A stretch of DNA of 64,000 nucleotides, from the IMG/VR virus record IMGVR_UViG_3300038829_000263, positions 6,111 to 70,110 of that record. One strand, 5' to 3'. Shown in pieces: positions 26,311-35,496 of this stretch. Each line of letters begins with the position of its first letter. The first letter of the stretch is position 1. Made by a program: the position numbers and the translations under genes. Origin of the DNA: a virus. Under the pieces are notes generated by a model. The model saw nothing but the letters and a program-made list of their open reading frames with translations. It did not search any database and was not told the DNA's origin.

Positions 26311-26987
26311 AGCGCCTGCGCGTCGCCCCTGCGCCTTGCACGACGTGCCCTTACCGGAGGGACACCCCGCCTGGCATCTGGAGCGCCGAGGAGTACGAGA
26401 AGCTCCTCATCTACGACGCCGACCCGGGGCGCCTCCGGCCCGAGAAGGTCCAGGAGGCGTTCTCGATCTTCCACTGCCATCAGGAGCACGTCACGAAGGA
26501 GCCCACGGTCTGCCGGGGCTGGCTCTCGGTACACGCCGACCATCCCGCCATGCGCCTGCTCGTCGCCCTGGGCGGAGTCCTGGCCAGCGAGATCCCGCGC
26601 GAGGCCGAGCCAGGGCTCTACGCCACGGCCCGCGAGGCTTGGGCGGCCGGGCTCGCCGGCGTCCCGATCCCCTCGCCCGCGGCGAAGAAGGCCATCGCGA
26701 AGATCGTCGACCAGCGTTCCCGGGTCGACGCCACGCCCGGCGCCTACTGGCTGCGCACGAAGCCCCAGGCCAAGGGCACGGAGTCCTGGCGGTGCCGCGC
26801 CGTGCTACCGGGCGAGGGCCGGTGCTTCCTGCGCTACCATCGCGACGAGCATCACCGCGCAGGCGAGGAGAGCGTCTGGGTGGAGTTCGACCTCGCCCCG
26901 GACGCGGCCGAGCTGGAACTGCGCGCGCAGGAGGCCCAGCGGCGGCGGGGGGCGCGGGAAGCGAGGAAGGCGCGCCGCCGTGGCTGA
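26307..26987 (+). CDS. DUF6283-like protein
   Basis: PCTTCPYRRD..PGIW...EYEKL...FHCH...CRGW. Confidence 0.65.
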   Translation: MKRLRVAPAPCTTCPYRRDTPPGIWSAEEYEKLLIYDADPGRLRPEKVQEAFSIFHCHQEHVTKEPTVCRGWLSVHADHPAMRLLVALGGVLASEIPREAEPGLYATAREAWAAGLAGVPIPSPAAKKAIAKIVDQRSRVDATPGAYWLRTKPQAKGTESWRCRAVLPGEGRCFLRYHRDEHHRAGEESVWVEFDLAPDAAELELRAQEAQRRRGAREARKARRRG

Positions 26988-27900
26988 CGCCCGCTTGCGC
27001 ACCCTCGAGCGCGAGGCCCAGGAGGGCGATGACGCGGCCCGTGGCGCCTACCTGCGCGCGCGGGTGCGTGCGGGCCTGCCCCCTTGGGTCGTGCGGCTCC
27101 TGGCCATGCTGGGCGACCCTGGAGCGCGAGCGGGCGCCGAGACTGGCGACGGGCTCTCGGACGAGTTCCACTCCAACCCGCACCGGCCGCGCGTTTCGCA
27201 CGAGACCCTCTCCATCTCGATCAACAGAGAGGCTGCGCGTGTGGATGCGCCGCCGAGCCGCGAGGCCGAGGAGGCGAGGCGCGGCGAGCCCTACGTCACA
27301 CGCAGCGGTGCCTGGCTGGCCGCGCAGATGAGCGTCGGTCGTGCCTGCTCGCCCGAGTTGGCGGACATCGTCGAGGTCGCCTTGCGCGTCAAGCTCGCCG
27401 CGGGGTGGGCGGCTCTGCCCCGCCAGGCGATGGCCGACCAGGCCCTGCTCGAGGTGTTCGTAGGTCCGCTCGGCACCCCTCCGCAAGAGCCGCGCCTGCA
27501 CCTTCGTGCGGTCGCAAACTGGCTGCGCAAGCCCGGGCCAGCGCCCGATTCGTGGGCCCTGGGATACGGCCGGGCCTGGAGCACGGGGGCGCAGGCCATC
27601 GCGCAGGACTATGCCTGCGGGGCCCGCGCCTCGCCGGTCATGCTCGACCTCGTGAGCGAGGTTCAACTCGCCGGCGAGGCCGCGGTCCTCGACACGGTGC
27701 AGGCGCACATCACCTGGTGGCTGGCGCAGCGCTTCGAGCTGCCTCCCTCGGTGCTCTCCTGGCCGCGCGATGATCCTTGGTTGCACGCCTGGCTGCTGAC
27801 GCCAGACCGGCCATCCATCGACCCATTGAGCTTGTTCCTGGTGGACGAGGAGCCTCCCTTCGTGCCTCTCTTCCCGCCCCTGCGCGCTTGGAGGCCCTGA
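26980..27900 (+). CDS. DxxLRxLER-leader family protein
   Basis: MADARLRTLEREAQEGDDAARGAYLRARVRAG. Confidence 0.65.
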   Translation: MADARLRTLEREAQEGDDAARGAYLRARVRAGLPPWVVRLLAMLGDPGARAGAETGDGLSDEFHSNPHRPRVSHETLSISINREAARVDAPPSREAEEARRGEPYVTRSGAWLAAQMSVGRACSPELADIVEVALRVKLAAGWAALPRQAMADQALLEVFVGPLGTPPQEPRLHLRAVANWLRKPGPAPDSWALGYGRAWSTGAQAIAQDYACGARASPVMLDLVSEVQLAGEAAVLDTVQAHITWWLAQRFELPPSVLSWPRDDPWLHAWLLTPDRPSIDPLSLFLVDEEPPFVPLFPPLRAWRP

Positions 27901-28397
27901 TGGCCGCGACGATGGAGCGCGCGGCCTTCCTCTCCGCCTGTCGCACCTGGCGCTACTGGCTGCTCAGGCGCTGGGACGCGGCGATGAACCCGCTCGTCGT
28001 CATCGGCCTGAACCCCTCGACGGCCGACGAGACGCAGGACGACCCTACGATCCGGCGGTGCGTCCGCTTCGCCGAGCTCTGGGGCTGCGGCGGCTTGCTC
28101 ATGCTGAACCTCTTCGCCTTCCGGGCGACGGACCCGAAGGCTCTGGCCATCGCGGCCGACCCCATCGGGCCCATGAACGACGAGGCCCTGGCGCGCGAGA
28201 GTGACGGCCGCGTGGTCCTCTGCGCCTGGGGGCGCTCGGGCGGGCCGGCGACGGCTGCCAGGGCGAAGGCCGTGGCCGGGCGCCTGCTCGCCCTTGACCG
28301 GAAGCTCTACTGCCTCGCCCGGAACAAAGACGGGAGTCCGAAGCACCCTCTCTATATGCGCGGTGACGCGCTACCCCAGCCCTGGAGCCCGCCGTGA
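27900..28397 (+). CDS. DUF1643 protein
   Basis: RYWLLRRW, GLNPSTAD...DDPTIRRC, NLFAFRATDP, KHPLY. Confidence 0.9.
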   Translation: MAATMERAAFLSACRTWRYWLLRRWDAAMNPLVVIGLNPSTADETQDDPTIRRCVRFAELWGCGGLLMLNLFAFRATDPKALAIAADPIGPMNDEALARESDGRVVLCAWGRSGGPATAARAKAVAGRLLALDRKLYCLARNKDGSPKHPLYMRGDALPQPWSPP

Positions 28398-28954
28398 ACA
28401 AGTTCATCTGCTGCGCGAACCATCCGCCTGGTGGCAACGGCCAGCCCATCGCCTGCGTAGGGATGGAGGCGATGAAGATGCTCGCCTTCCGCTGGAAAGG
28501 CCATGGGAAGTCCCCGCCGGTCAACGTCTGGGGCGCCGACTCTCTCGTGGAGAGATACTCCCAGGGCAAGGCCCCGACGCGCTTGGGCTTCGTCCTGGCT
28601 TGCCCCGAGCACCTTCCCATGGCCAGGTTGAGGGCGGCACGCCTGAGCAACCGCGGCCTCGTGGAAGAGACGGCGGTACGCGCGTGCCCCGCATGCGCAG
28701 GTTGGGGCCAGGGCGAGAACCGGCGCGGGGCCACGCCCGACGGCGGTTGCTGGATCTCGCCTGAGTGCCCGGCGTGCGCGGGGCGCGGCAACATCCCGGA
28801 CTCGCCACCCGTGCAGCGGCCCGATGTCATGGATGAGGCGCTTGTCACCGAGACCGAGGTCCGATTCTCGCGCCCTCTCACCGACGAGGAGCGCGAAGCG
28901 GTTCTGGCCTGGATCAAGGATGACGGCCTTCTGGAACTGGTGGAGGCCGAGTGA
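28394..28954 (+). CDS. Cys-rich protein with DnaJ-like CxxCxGxG motifs
   Basis: CPACAGWG, CPACAGRG. Confidence 0.5.
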   Translation: MNKFICCANHPPGGNGQPIACVGMEAMKMLAFRWKGHGKSPPVNVWGADSLVERYSQGKAPTRLGFVLACPEHLPMARLRAARLSNRGLVEETAVRACPACAGWGQGENRRGATPDGGCWISPECPACAGRGNIPDSPPVQRPDVMDEALVTETEVRFSRPLTDEEREAVLAWIKDDGLLELVEAE

Positions 28955-29310
28955 AGCTCGGGCGGCACACTCGCGAGGCCCTGGCCTGGGCGGCCGACCA
29001 GCCCTGCCGGCGGCGCAACTGCGGCACGGTCTGCCTGTGCGGACCTTGCCATGCGCGGCGGGCGCTGGCCGAGGCCGAGGAGCAGGAGCGCGCGCACCGC
29101 ACGAGGTGGCCGCTCGAGTACGACGGCTTCCCCGCGCGCGCAGTCGGTAGGCATCGGGGATGCCGACTCGGCCAGCGCAAGAGCGTCGTCCTGGCCGTCG
29201 CCGCGCCTGGCCGGCCCTTCTACGTCTGTGGGTGCGACCTGCGGTTGCTAGACGATGAGATCATCTTCGCGAAGGGCCCCGCGCGCGTTCCTGGGGCAAG
29301 GAAAGCATGA
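28951..29310 (+). CDS. hypothetical protein
   Basis: Coupled ORF. Confidence 0.5.
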   Translation: MKLGRHTREALAWAADQPCRRRNCGTVCLCGPCHARRALAEAEEQERAHRTRWPLEYDGFPARAVGRHRGCRLGQRKSVVLAVAAPGRPFYVCGCDLRLLDDEIIFAKGPARVPGARKA

Positions 29311-29531
29311 CCGACCTGCGCTTCGCCGTCACGATCGACGAGAAGGTCTGGACGAAGTACGTGAAGCGCCAGGCGCGTAAGGGCATCGCGGCCCTGCCTC
29401 CCGCCGAGATGCTCGAGGCGCTCATCGCCCAGGCCCTGGCGCAGGACTCAGCGAAGAGGGCCGAGGACGAGCAGACCTCGACGAGCATCATGATGGTGCT
29501 CGGCCGCGTGAAGGTCGAACACCATCCATGA
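29307..29531 (+). CDS. small hypothetical protein
   Basis: Coupled ORF. Confidence 0.5.
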   Translation: MTDLRFAVTIDEKVWTKYVKRQARKGIAALPPAEMLEALIAQALAQDSAKRAEDEQTSTSIMMVLGRVKVEHHP

Positions 29532-30511
29532 GTCGAGAGAAGGGACGCAAGATGGGACGCAAGATGGACTGGACGATGCTCGAGTTGCTGCGCGCTGATG
29601 ACTGGGCCGTCGCGGTCCACAACGACTACAGGCAGGACGGCAAGCCGCGGACGTTCTGGCTGCTCACGCATCCGAGCGGCGTCTGGGCCAAGGGAGAGGG
29701 CGCGACCGACGAGGAGGCCATCGAGGCGGCCGCCGCGATGGCCGAGAAGAGGCTCAAGCCCGACGGCGAGGCCCTGGAGGCCCTCGCGGCCGCGGAGCAC
29801 GACTCCTGGACCGGCTGGACGAAGTGGATGCTGGAGAAGATCGAGGCCGAGCTGCTGGCGGCGGTCGCCGGCCTGGAGCTCGAGCGCGCGGTGCGGGCGC
29901 TGGCGGACGTGCGGAGCAACTTCGGCATCGAGGCCCTTCCTTCGGTAGCCCGGTCCGCGGCCAAGACGCTGCTCGACAACCTGCCGAGCGTCGTGCGCTG
30001 GCGGCGCCAGATGGGCACGCCCTACGCGGAGCTGAGCGAGAAGGAGCGCGAGTCCGACCGCGAGGAGGCGCGGAAGAAGATCGCCGCGTGGCGCTCGCGA
30101 CTCGGGCGCCTCCCCGCCGGGCCTCCGCCCGACGGCCGCACGGCCGGCGAAGTGCTGAAAGAGCTCGTGGAGACGCCGGTCAAGTTGATGCCGACCGTGA
30201 AGGTCATGCTTGATGGCCAGCCCGTCTACGTGCCCTGGCACGTCGCCGATCACTGGGCGGCGCGCGGAGCCCTGGGCCTGGCCCGCGGCGAGGGCGTGTG
30301 GCTCAAGGGCGGCGAGCCGAAAGCCCTTGCGTTCGACGACCCCGGCGGCTTCTCGTTCGAGCAGGGGATGGAGTTCGTGCGCGTGTCGGTGCTCGACGTC
30401 ATGCAGAACCTGGGCGAGAAGATGGACGGGAAGTACGGGGATGACCCCGATACCTGGAAGGGCGGCGAGCGCGGGCCCGGCGAGCCCGAGCCCTGGAGGC
30501 CCGAGGCGTGA
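29528..30511 (+). CDS. composite hypothetical phage protein
   Basis: WAVAVHNDY...FWLLTH and EHDSW..W...TPYAELSEKERESDR modules. Confidence 0.6.
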   Translation: MSREKGRKMGRKMDWTMLELLRADDWAVAVHNDYRQDGKPRTFWLLTHPSGVWAKGEGATDEEAIEAAAAMAEKRLKPDGEALEALAAAEHDSWTGWTKWMLEKIEAELLAAVAGLELERAVRALADVRSNFGIEALPSVARSAAKTLLDNLPSVVRWRRQMGTPYAELSEKERESDREEARKKIAAWRSRLGRLPAGPPPDGRTAGEVLKELVETPVKLMPTVKVMLDGQPVYVPWHVADHWAARGALGLARGEGVWLKGGEPKALAFDDPGGFSFEQGMEFVRVSVLDVMQNLGEKMDGKYGDDPDTWKGGERGPGEPEPWRPEA

Positions 30512-30966
30512 GCGCGAAGGCGAAGGCGTTCGAGGACGTCCAGCGGGAGTTCGATCGCCTGTTCCACGAGAACGATACCGAGGCGTTGCCGTATCCTCCT
30601 CCCACCTTGCAGGAGGACCCGCACGGCTTCGACCGAGTGGCGTCCTTCGACGCGATCTACGTCGGCGGCAGTAGCGACCGCGAGGCGGCACCCAGGGCGC
30701 GCCGCTTGTTCGCGCGCTGGATCGTCGAGGTCGTGCACTGGGAACAGGAGCACGGCACCAAGCACACGAACTACGACGAGGCCGTGGAGCATCTCCTGGT
30801 CATCCTCCTGGCGGTCAACTCGAAGGCCAGCCGCACGCCCCCGCCGGTCGTGCCGGAGTTCTGCCCGCATTGTGCCTGCCGCCTGCGCGATGGCGTCCCG
30901 GCCGCGCAGGTCGAGGCGCAGCGGAAGGAGCAGGTCGAGATCGAGAAAGAGCTGGGCCTGCGATGA
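30508..30966 (+). CDS. hypothetical protein
   Basis: Coupled ORF. Confidence 0.55.
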   Translation: MSAKAKAFEDVQREFDRLFHENDTEALPYPPPTLQEDPHGFDRVASFDAIYVGGSSDREAAPRARRLFARWIVEVVHWEQEHGTKHTNYDEAVEHLLVILLAVNSKASRTPPPVVPEFCPHCACRLRDGVPAAQVEAQRKEQVEIEKELGLR

Positions 30967-31214
30967 GCGGCCCCGGCTACTCGCCCTTCGACAGGCGGAA
31001 AGTGGGCAACGCGAAGGGCGGCCGCGTCCCGACCTCCGCCACCCGCCGCGACCGCGCGCGGACCTTCCTCCTGCAGCGCGCGGCGGTCATCGGCAAGGCC
31101 AAGGGCGAGACCGAGGAGGCCGCGCCCAAGGCGCCCCCGCGGAACGCGCCTTGCCCCTGCGGGAGCGGGAAGAAGGTCAAGCGCTGCCACCCCGAGGGCT
31201 GGAGTCCCCCATGA
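30963..31214 (+). CDS. SEC-C metal-binding motif protein
   Basis: PRNAPCPCGSGKKVKRCH. Confidence 0.8.
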   Translation: MSGPGYSPFDRRKVGNAKGGRVPTSATRRDRARTFLLQRAAVIGKAKGETEEAAPKAPPRNAPCPCGSGKKVKRCHPEGWSPP

Positions 31215-31684
31215 ACCTCGACGACTTCGTGCACATCCCGACCGCCGGCGGCACCTGGTCACGCTGCGGCCGCCGCGCCCACGGCCTGCCCGTCGCCTCC
31301 TCGGCCGCTGCAGGCCAGGGCGTCGCCGCGAAAGCCGGCGGCCGCTACCTGCCCTCCGCGTCCTCTGGCCGTCCCATCTGCCCGGAGTGCCTCGTGGGCC
31401 CCCTGCGCGACTCGGAGGGCCGCCCCAGGCCCTGCGCCGCGCTCGCCCCGACGCACCACCTAACTCCTGCTGCGCTCTCGCCCGGCTGGCTCTGCGCCTG
31501 CGGCTGGCGCGGCCAGGCCGAGGCCCTGCGCGACGGCCCTGGCGGTATCCGCTACTGCCCAGGCTGCGGCGGGACAGGCGGCCTCGTCCTGGCGCCCATG
31601 CCCCCGCTCTACGGCCCGCCATTCCTCGCGAAGGCCATCCCGACCTGGAAGGCCCTCGAGCTCCTGCGCGGGCGTAATTCGTGA
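31211..31684 (+). CDS. Cys-rich hypothetical protein
   Basis: Coupled ORF. Confidence 0.5.
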   Translation: MNLDDFVHIPTAGGTWSRCGRRAHGLPVASSAAAGQGVAAKAGGRYLPSASSGRPICPECLVGPLRDSEGRPRPCAALAPTHHLTPAALSPGWLCACGWRGQAEALRDGPGGIRYCPGCGGTGGLVLAPMPPLYGPPFLAKAIPTWKALELLRGRNS

Positions 31685-31872
31685 GCTGGCGCTGTGCGGC
31701 CTGCGGCGCGGTGATCGAGGGGGAGTACTCTCGCGCGGCGGCTGACAGGCACTACGTAGATGGCTTCCCTCGGCCGTGCCGCGAGAGGCCCGCTCCGTTC
31801 GACCCAGTGATGGCCGGGGACATCGAGGGGGCGTGCCTCGTGGATGGCTCCGAGTACGGGGACTACTTGTGA
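31681..31872 (+). CDS. small hypothetical protein
   Basis: Coupled ORF. Confidence 0.45.
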   Translation: MSWRCAACGAVIEGEYSRAAADRHYVDGFPRPCRERPAPFDPVMAGDIEGACLVDGSEYGDYL

Positions 31873-32390
31873 CCTTCTCGCCCGAACCCTGCCCCGACCG
31901 CTGCGGGAAGCCTCGTGGGCGCACCGGGGGCGTCTGCCCGCACGGCCACACGGCGATCATCGAGATCGACCCGCCGCGCCCTGACGGCGGCGTCCCGACC
32001 CGCGAGTACATCCCCTACTGCTGCAAGCGCTGCCGGCCGCCCGAGGACGATGGCGAGTCGCGCCTCGTGCACGAGTACGTGGACTACTGGGATGCGCACA
32101 AGAGCGCACCCGCTGGAGGTGATTCCGTGCCCGTGGACCCACATCAAGAGCTGCGCGACGAGGAGACCCGCAAGGCGCACGAAGCCTGGACGCGTGACCA
32201 CACGTGCGCGGCCTGCGGCCAGCTCTCGCCCCAGGTCGCGACCCTCCTCGACGTGGGGCCCAAGGTCATCCTGTGCTGGCCGCACCACGCGGCCTGGCGG
32301 GCCTACGTGCGGGCGCTGGTCGAGGAGCGGCTGGGCCCCTGGCTCGAGCAGCAGCGCACGACGGCTGCGCCGGCGGACGAGAAGACATGA
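31869..32390 (+). CDS. Cys-rich hypothetical protein
   Basis: Coupled ORF. Confidence 0.55.
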   Translation: MTFSPEPCPDRCGKPRGRTGGVCPHGHTAIIEIDPPRPDGGVPTREYIPYCCKRCRPPEDDGESRLVHEYVDYWDAHKSAPAGGDSVPVDPHQELRDEETRKAHEAWTRDHTCAACGQLSPQVATLLDVGPKVILCWPHHAAWRAYVRALVEERLGPWLEQQRTTAAPADEKT

Positions 32391-32539
32391 CTCCGGGCAG
32401 TCACCTGCGGGGGCGTCGGGTAGGGGCATAGAAGCCCAAAAACTCCGTATCCAAGGTGGTGTGAAGGCGGTGCCCGGACCCGGCCTACCTGACCGGGAAC
32501 CGCCGCAACGCCACCATCCCGGCGTAGAAGGAAGAGGAC

Positions 32540-32743
32540 ATGGCCAAGAAGTTGATGACCCACTCGCGCGAAGTTCCGCTCGCCTTGCTCTGCAAGCTCG
32601 GCTCGATTGCTGTGCACATCGAGGAGGCCCTGAGCATCAAGGGCCACCCCTTCGACATTGAGGCGCTCAAGGTGCTCATCCACGACCCCGACGTGCAGGC
32701 GTGGCTCAAGGCCATGGGCCCGCTGGTGCCGCGGAAGCGTTGA
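32540..32743 (+). CDS. small conserved phage protein
   Basis: LLCKLGSIAVHIEE...D..DVQAWL. Confidence 0.65.
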   Translation: MAKKLMTHSREVPLALLCKLGSIAVHIEEALSIKGHPFDIEALKVLIHDPDVQAWLKAMGPLVPRKR

Positions 32744-32746
32744 TGC

Positions 32747-33088
32747 GTGAGCGCGGCCAGTCGCTACCGCCAGGCCATCGAAGCCGCCGAGCGCGACCCC
32801 TCGCCCGCGGCCGCGCAGGCCATCGAGCGCGCCCGCCGCGCCCTCACCGCGCGGCGCCTGGAGTGCCAGCAGACCTTCGCCTCCCCGCGCGAGGAGGACG
32901 ACTACATCCAGGGCCTCTACCTCGACGCGTGCGAGGCCGAGGGCGACGCGGCCGCCCGCGCCTGGGCGAAGGTCCGGCGCGCTGCCGCGCGCGCCATCGA
33001 GGCATCGCCCAAGACCTCGCGGACGCCGGGCTGGGACCGCCGGCGCCTCGACTACCTGCTCTGGGTCCACGAGGAGAGCAAGCGATGA
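32747..33088 (+). CDS. hypothetical protein
   Basis: GC3-biased ORF. Confidence 0.55.
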   Translation: MSAASRYRQAIEAAERDPSPAAAQAIERARRALTARRLECQQTFASPREEDDYIQGLYLDACEAEGDAAARAWAKVRRAAARAIEASPKTSRTPGWDRRRLDYLLWVHEESKR

Positions 33089-33185
33089 AGTTCCTGCGCG
33101 CGCTCCTCTGCGCCTTCGCCCGGTGCGGTCGGCGCCCGCGGCCAGGCCCTGTCTGGGCCTTCTGCCCGCGCTGCGGGCGCGCGCG

Positions 33186-33479
33186 GTGATCGAGTGGCGC
33201 GGGCATCTTGTCACCGGGCCGCCGGCGCGACGCGAGGTCATCTGCCTCTCGTGCGGGTCGAGTTGGAGCGACTACCCCGGCACGCTGCGCGAAGAGGACT
33301 CCTGTCCATGGTGCAAGGGCGACTACTGGCGCACGCCGCGCGAGCCCACGCTGAACCGGTATCGGATCGAGGCGAGGCTTCTCATCCGCTGGCAGGAGAC
33401 CGGCGCGCTCGCCCTCTGCTGCGGCGGCCGCGGGCTAGCGATTGGATGTCCGCGCTGCGGGAAGGTCTGGCCTGCATGA
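33186..33479 (+). CDS. zinc-ribbon protein
   Basis: CLSC, CPWC, CPRC. Confidence 0.5.
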   Translation: MIEWRGHLVTGPPARREVICLSCGSSWSDYPGTLREEDSCPWCKGDYWRTPREPTLNRYRIEARLLIRWQETGALALCCGGRGLAIGCPRCGKVWPA

Positions 33480-33883
33480 GCGACGCGGCCCTGCGCGAGC
33501 TCGAGCGCCAGGCCCGGGCCGGTGACACCTCTGCTCGCCGGCGCTGGCGGGCGGGCCTCCTCCGCCTGCGCGACCCGCGGCAGGCCCCACAACCCGGCGA
33601 TGTCATCCGCGTCGCCGGACTCTCGCGCCTCGTGCGTCGCGTGAACACGCACCCCACCATCGCCTATCCCTCCGGGCGTCCCATCGAAGAGGTCACGATC
33701 GTCTGGCACAAGGTGCTCTGGCTCTACGGTGAGGAGCAAGGCGCCGGCCTCTGCTACCGCTTCCGCCCGATGCTCTGCTCCCTCGCGCACTGGCGCCGCT
33801 GGGCGCGCAAGGGCGAGGTCGTGCGCCTGGCCGAGGAGCGCGAGCCGGCAGACCAGGACGACGTGCCCGAGACGGAGGTGTAG
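33476..33883 (+). CDS. DxxLRxLER-leader protein fused to DPRxxPxxGDV domain
   Basis: MSDAALRELERQARAGD; DPRQAPQPGDV...SLAHWRRW...EVV. Confidence 0.65.
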   Translation: MSDAALRELERQARAGDTSARRRWRAGLLRLRDPRQAPQPGDVIRVAGLSRLVRRVNTHPTIAYPSGRPIEEVTIVWHKVLWLYGEEQGAGLCYRFRPMLCSLAHWRRWARKGEVVRLAEEREPADQDDVPETEV

Positions 33884-33943
33884 AAGATGCCTCGACGCGC
33901 GGCCGCGCCCGGACCCTGGGCTACCATCTGGACAGGAGGCTCC

Positions 33944-34090
33944 ATGCTGAACTACGAGTTCTCGCTCGAGGCCGTCGCACGGACTCTCGCTTGGATCGCG
34001 CTCATGGCGCCCGTCGCCGGGTTCTGCTGGGCCGCCGGCGCGAGCCTCTATGGGCGCATGAGTCAGTGGAAGGCCCGGTCGGCCGGCTAG
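33944..34090 (+). CDS. small membrane protein
   Basis: AGGAGG SD; hydrophobic core. Confidence 0.5.
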   Translation: MLNYEFSLEAVARTLAWIALMAPVAGFCWAAGASLYGRMSQWKARSAG

Positions 34091-34353
34091 CTCCCGCCTT
34101 CCGCCCTGATCTGCGCCTTGAGCGAGGGCGGCGTGTGGCGGTCGCATCGAATCGACCACTCGGTGACCTTCCCGCGCGGCGGCAGGATCGACCGGAAGGC
34201 GATGAGCCCGACGCCTCCGCATGCGACCGGCACCCGCGGCGCGTCTGCGTCATCCCCTTCCGCGTCCCGCCATCCGATGGCGTAGCCGCAGACCCACCCC
34301 GACCCGGCGCGGATCCACTCGACCTCCGCCCCTTCGCCTGGGCCCCCGCTCAA
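34087..34353 (-). CDS. hypothetical protein
   Basis: Convergent with + operon. Confidence 0.4.
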   Translation of the reverse strand: MSGGPGEGAEVEWIRAGSGWVCGYAIGWRDAEGDDADAPRVPVACGGVGLIAFRSILPPRGKVTEWSIRCDRHTPPSLKAQIRAEGGS

Positions 34354-34707
34354 GGACCCTCCTGCTCGTCGCCCTCGTTCTGCGCGGCCCGGCTCATCCA
34401 GTAGTCGAGCAAGGCCAGGATCCCGGTCACGACCCCGAGCACGAGCAGGAAGACGAGCGTGGGCGTCACGGCGCGAGGGGCACCCACCCAGGCGGCGCAG
34501 GCGCGTCGCCCGTCCCGCCCAGGAGCTCGAAGCGCAGGTTAGGGCAGATGTGCCCCGTCCACCCGACCGGCTGCAGGCAGAACCGGCAGGGCGGCGTGAG
34601 CGCCCAGCACAGGTGCATCGCGCGGGCCCCGCCAGGCATCCCGCAGAACGTGCAGGGCTCGGCGGCCTGCTCTGCCCCTGGCTCTCGACCGTCCATGCCG
34701 CGTACGC

Positions 34708-35187
34708 TCATGGCCACATGGGGTCCCCGCCCCAGAAGTCCTCGTCGCCGTCGGTCTCGGGGTCGCGGTGCACATCGCCCCGCCATGCCTCGAGCTCGTC
34801 CGAGTCCGCCTCCCAGGGCGGCCGCTCCTCTTCGCTCTCGATGGCCCCGGCCGCCTCAAGTGCGCGCCTGGGCCCTACGATCCCCGCCGCCTCGGCCTCG
34901 CCGCGCGAGAGCGTCACGTACCGCTCACCGTCCTGGAACCGCCACCCGCCGCCCATCTCGCACCGCCCCGCGATCCCTCGCCGCGGCTTCCCGCTCTTGC
35001 CCAGCTCGCGCGCGACGCATCGCCCCGCCGGGACCTCGAGCGCCCCGCGCCCTTCCCAGGACGAGACGACCCACGCCGGCACGACGCGCGCCTCGCCGTC
35101 GAGCCAGACCCGCACCCGCGACCGTTCCCCGGCATAGGGGACCTCCGGCGCCCGGCGCTTCTTCGGGCCCTTCCCACCTGCCGCCAC
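34708..35187 (-). CDS. hypothetical protein
   Basis: Part of coupled minus-strand run. Confidence 0.45.
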   Translation of the reverse strand: MAAGGKGPKKRRAPEVPYAGERSRVRVWLDGEARVVPAWVVSSWEGRGALEVPAGRCVARELGKSGKPRRGIAGRCEMGGGWRFQDGERYVTLSRGEAEAAGIVGPRRALEAAGAIESEEERPPWEADSDELEAWRGDVHRDPETDGDEDFWGGDPMWP

Positions 35188-35496
35188 CTACCAGACCTCC
35201 GCGCGGCATCCCGACCGCCCTGGCGCCCCTTCGCGCGACTCGACGTAGCGCATGATCGGCGACATGAGGATCAACTCCTCGAAGGCCCGCGCCTGCGCGT
35301 TCAGGGCCTCCCCTTCCCGGAACTCGCCGGGGACCCCGACCTTCGCCAGCTCGGCCTCGGGGACGAACTTGAACAAGTCGCCAGGCCGCAGGTCCGCCAT
35401 CGGGGTCGGCGTCCAGGTCGCCAGCTCCTCGTCCTCTGGCGTGAAGCAGTAGCCGTCGGTATCGGGTGCGGCGAGCGCCTCAGCTACGTCGGTCAT
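35188..35496 (-). CDS. hypothetical protein
   Basis: ATG overlaps stop of upstream gene. Confidence 0.5.
   Translation of the reverse strand: MTDVAEALAAPDTDGYCFTPEDEELATWTPTPMADLRPGDLFKFVPEAELAKVGVPGEFREGEALNAQARAFEELILMSPIMRYVESREGAPGRSGCRAEVW

Noticed and set aside
29540-29570. Short tandem duplications (MGRKMGRK at about 29550; MPTMPT at about 40030)
   Set aside because: 9-12-bp in-frame slippage duplications with no sign of function
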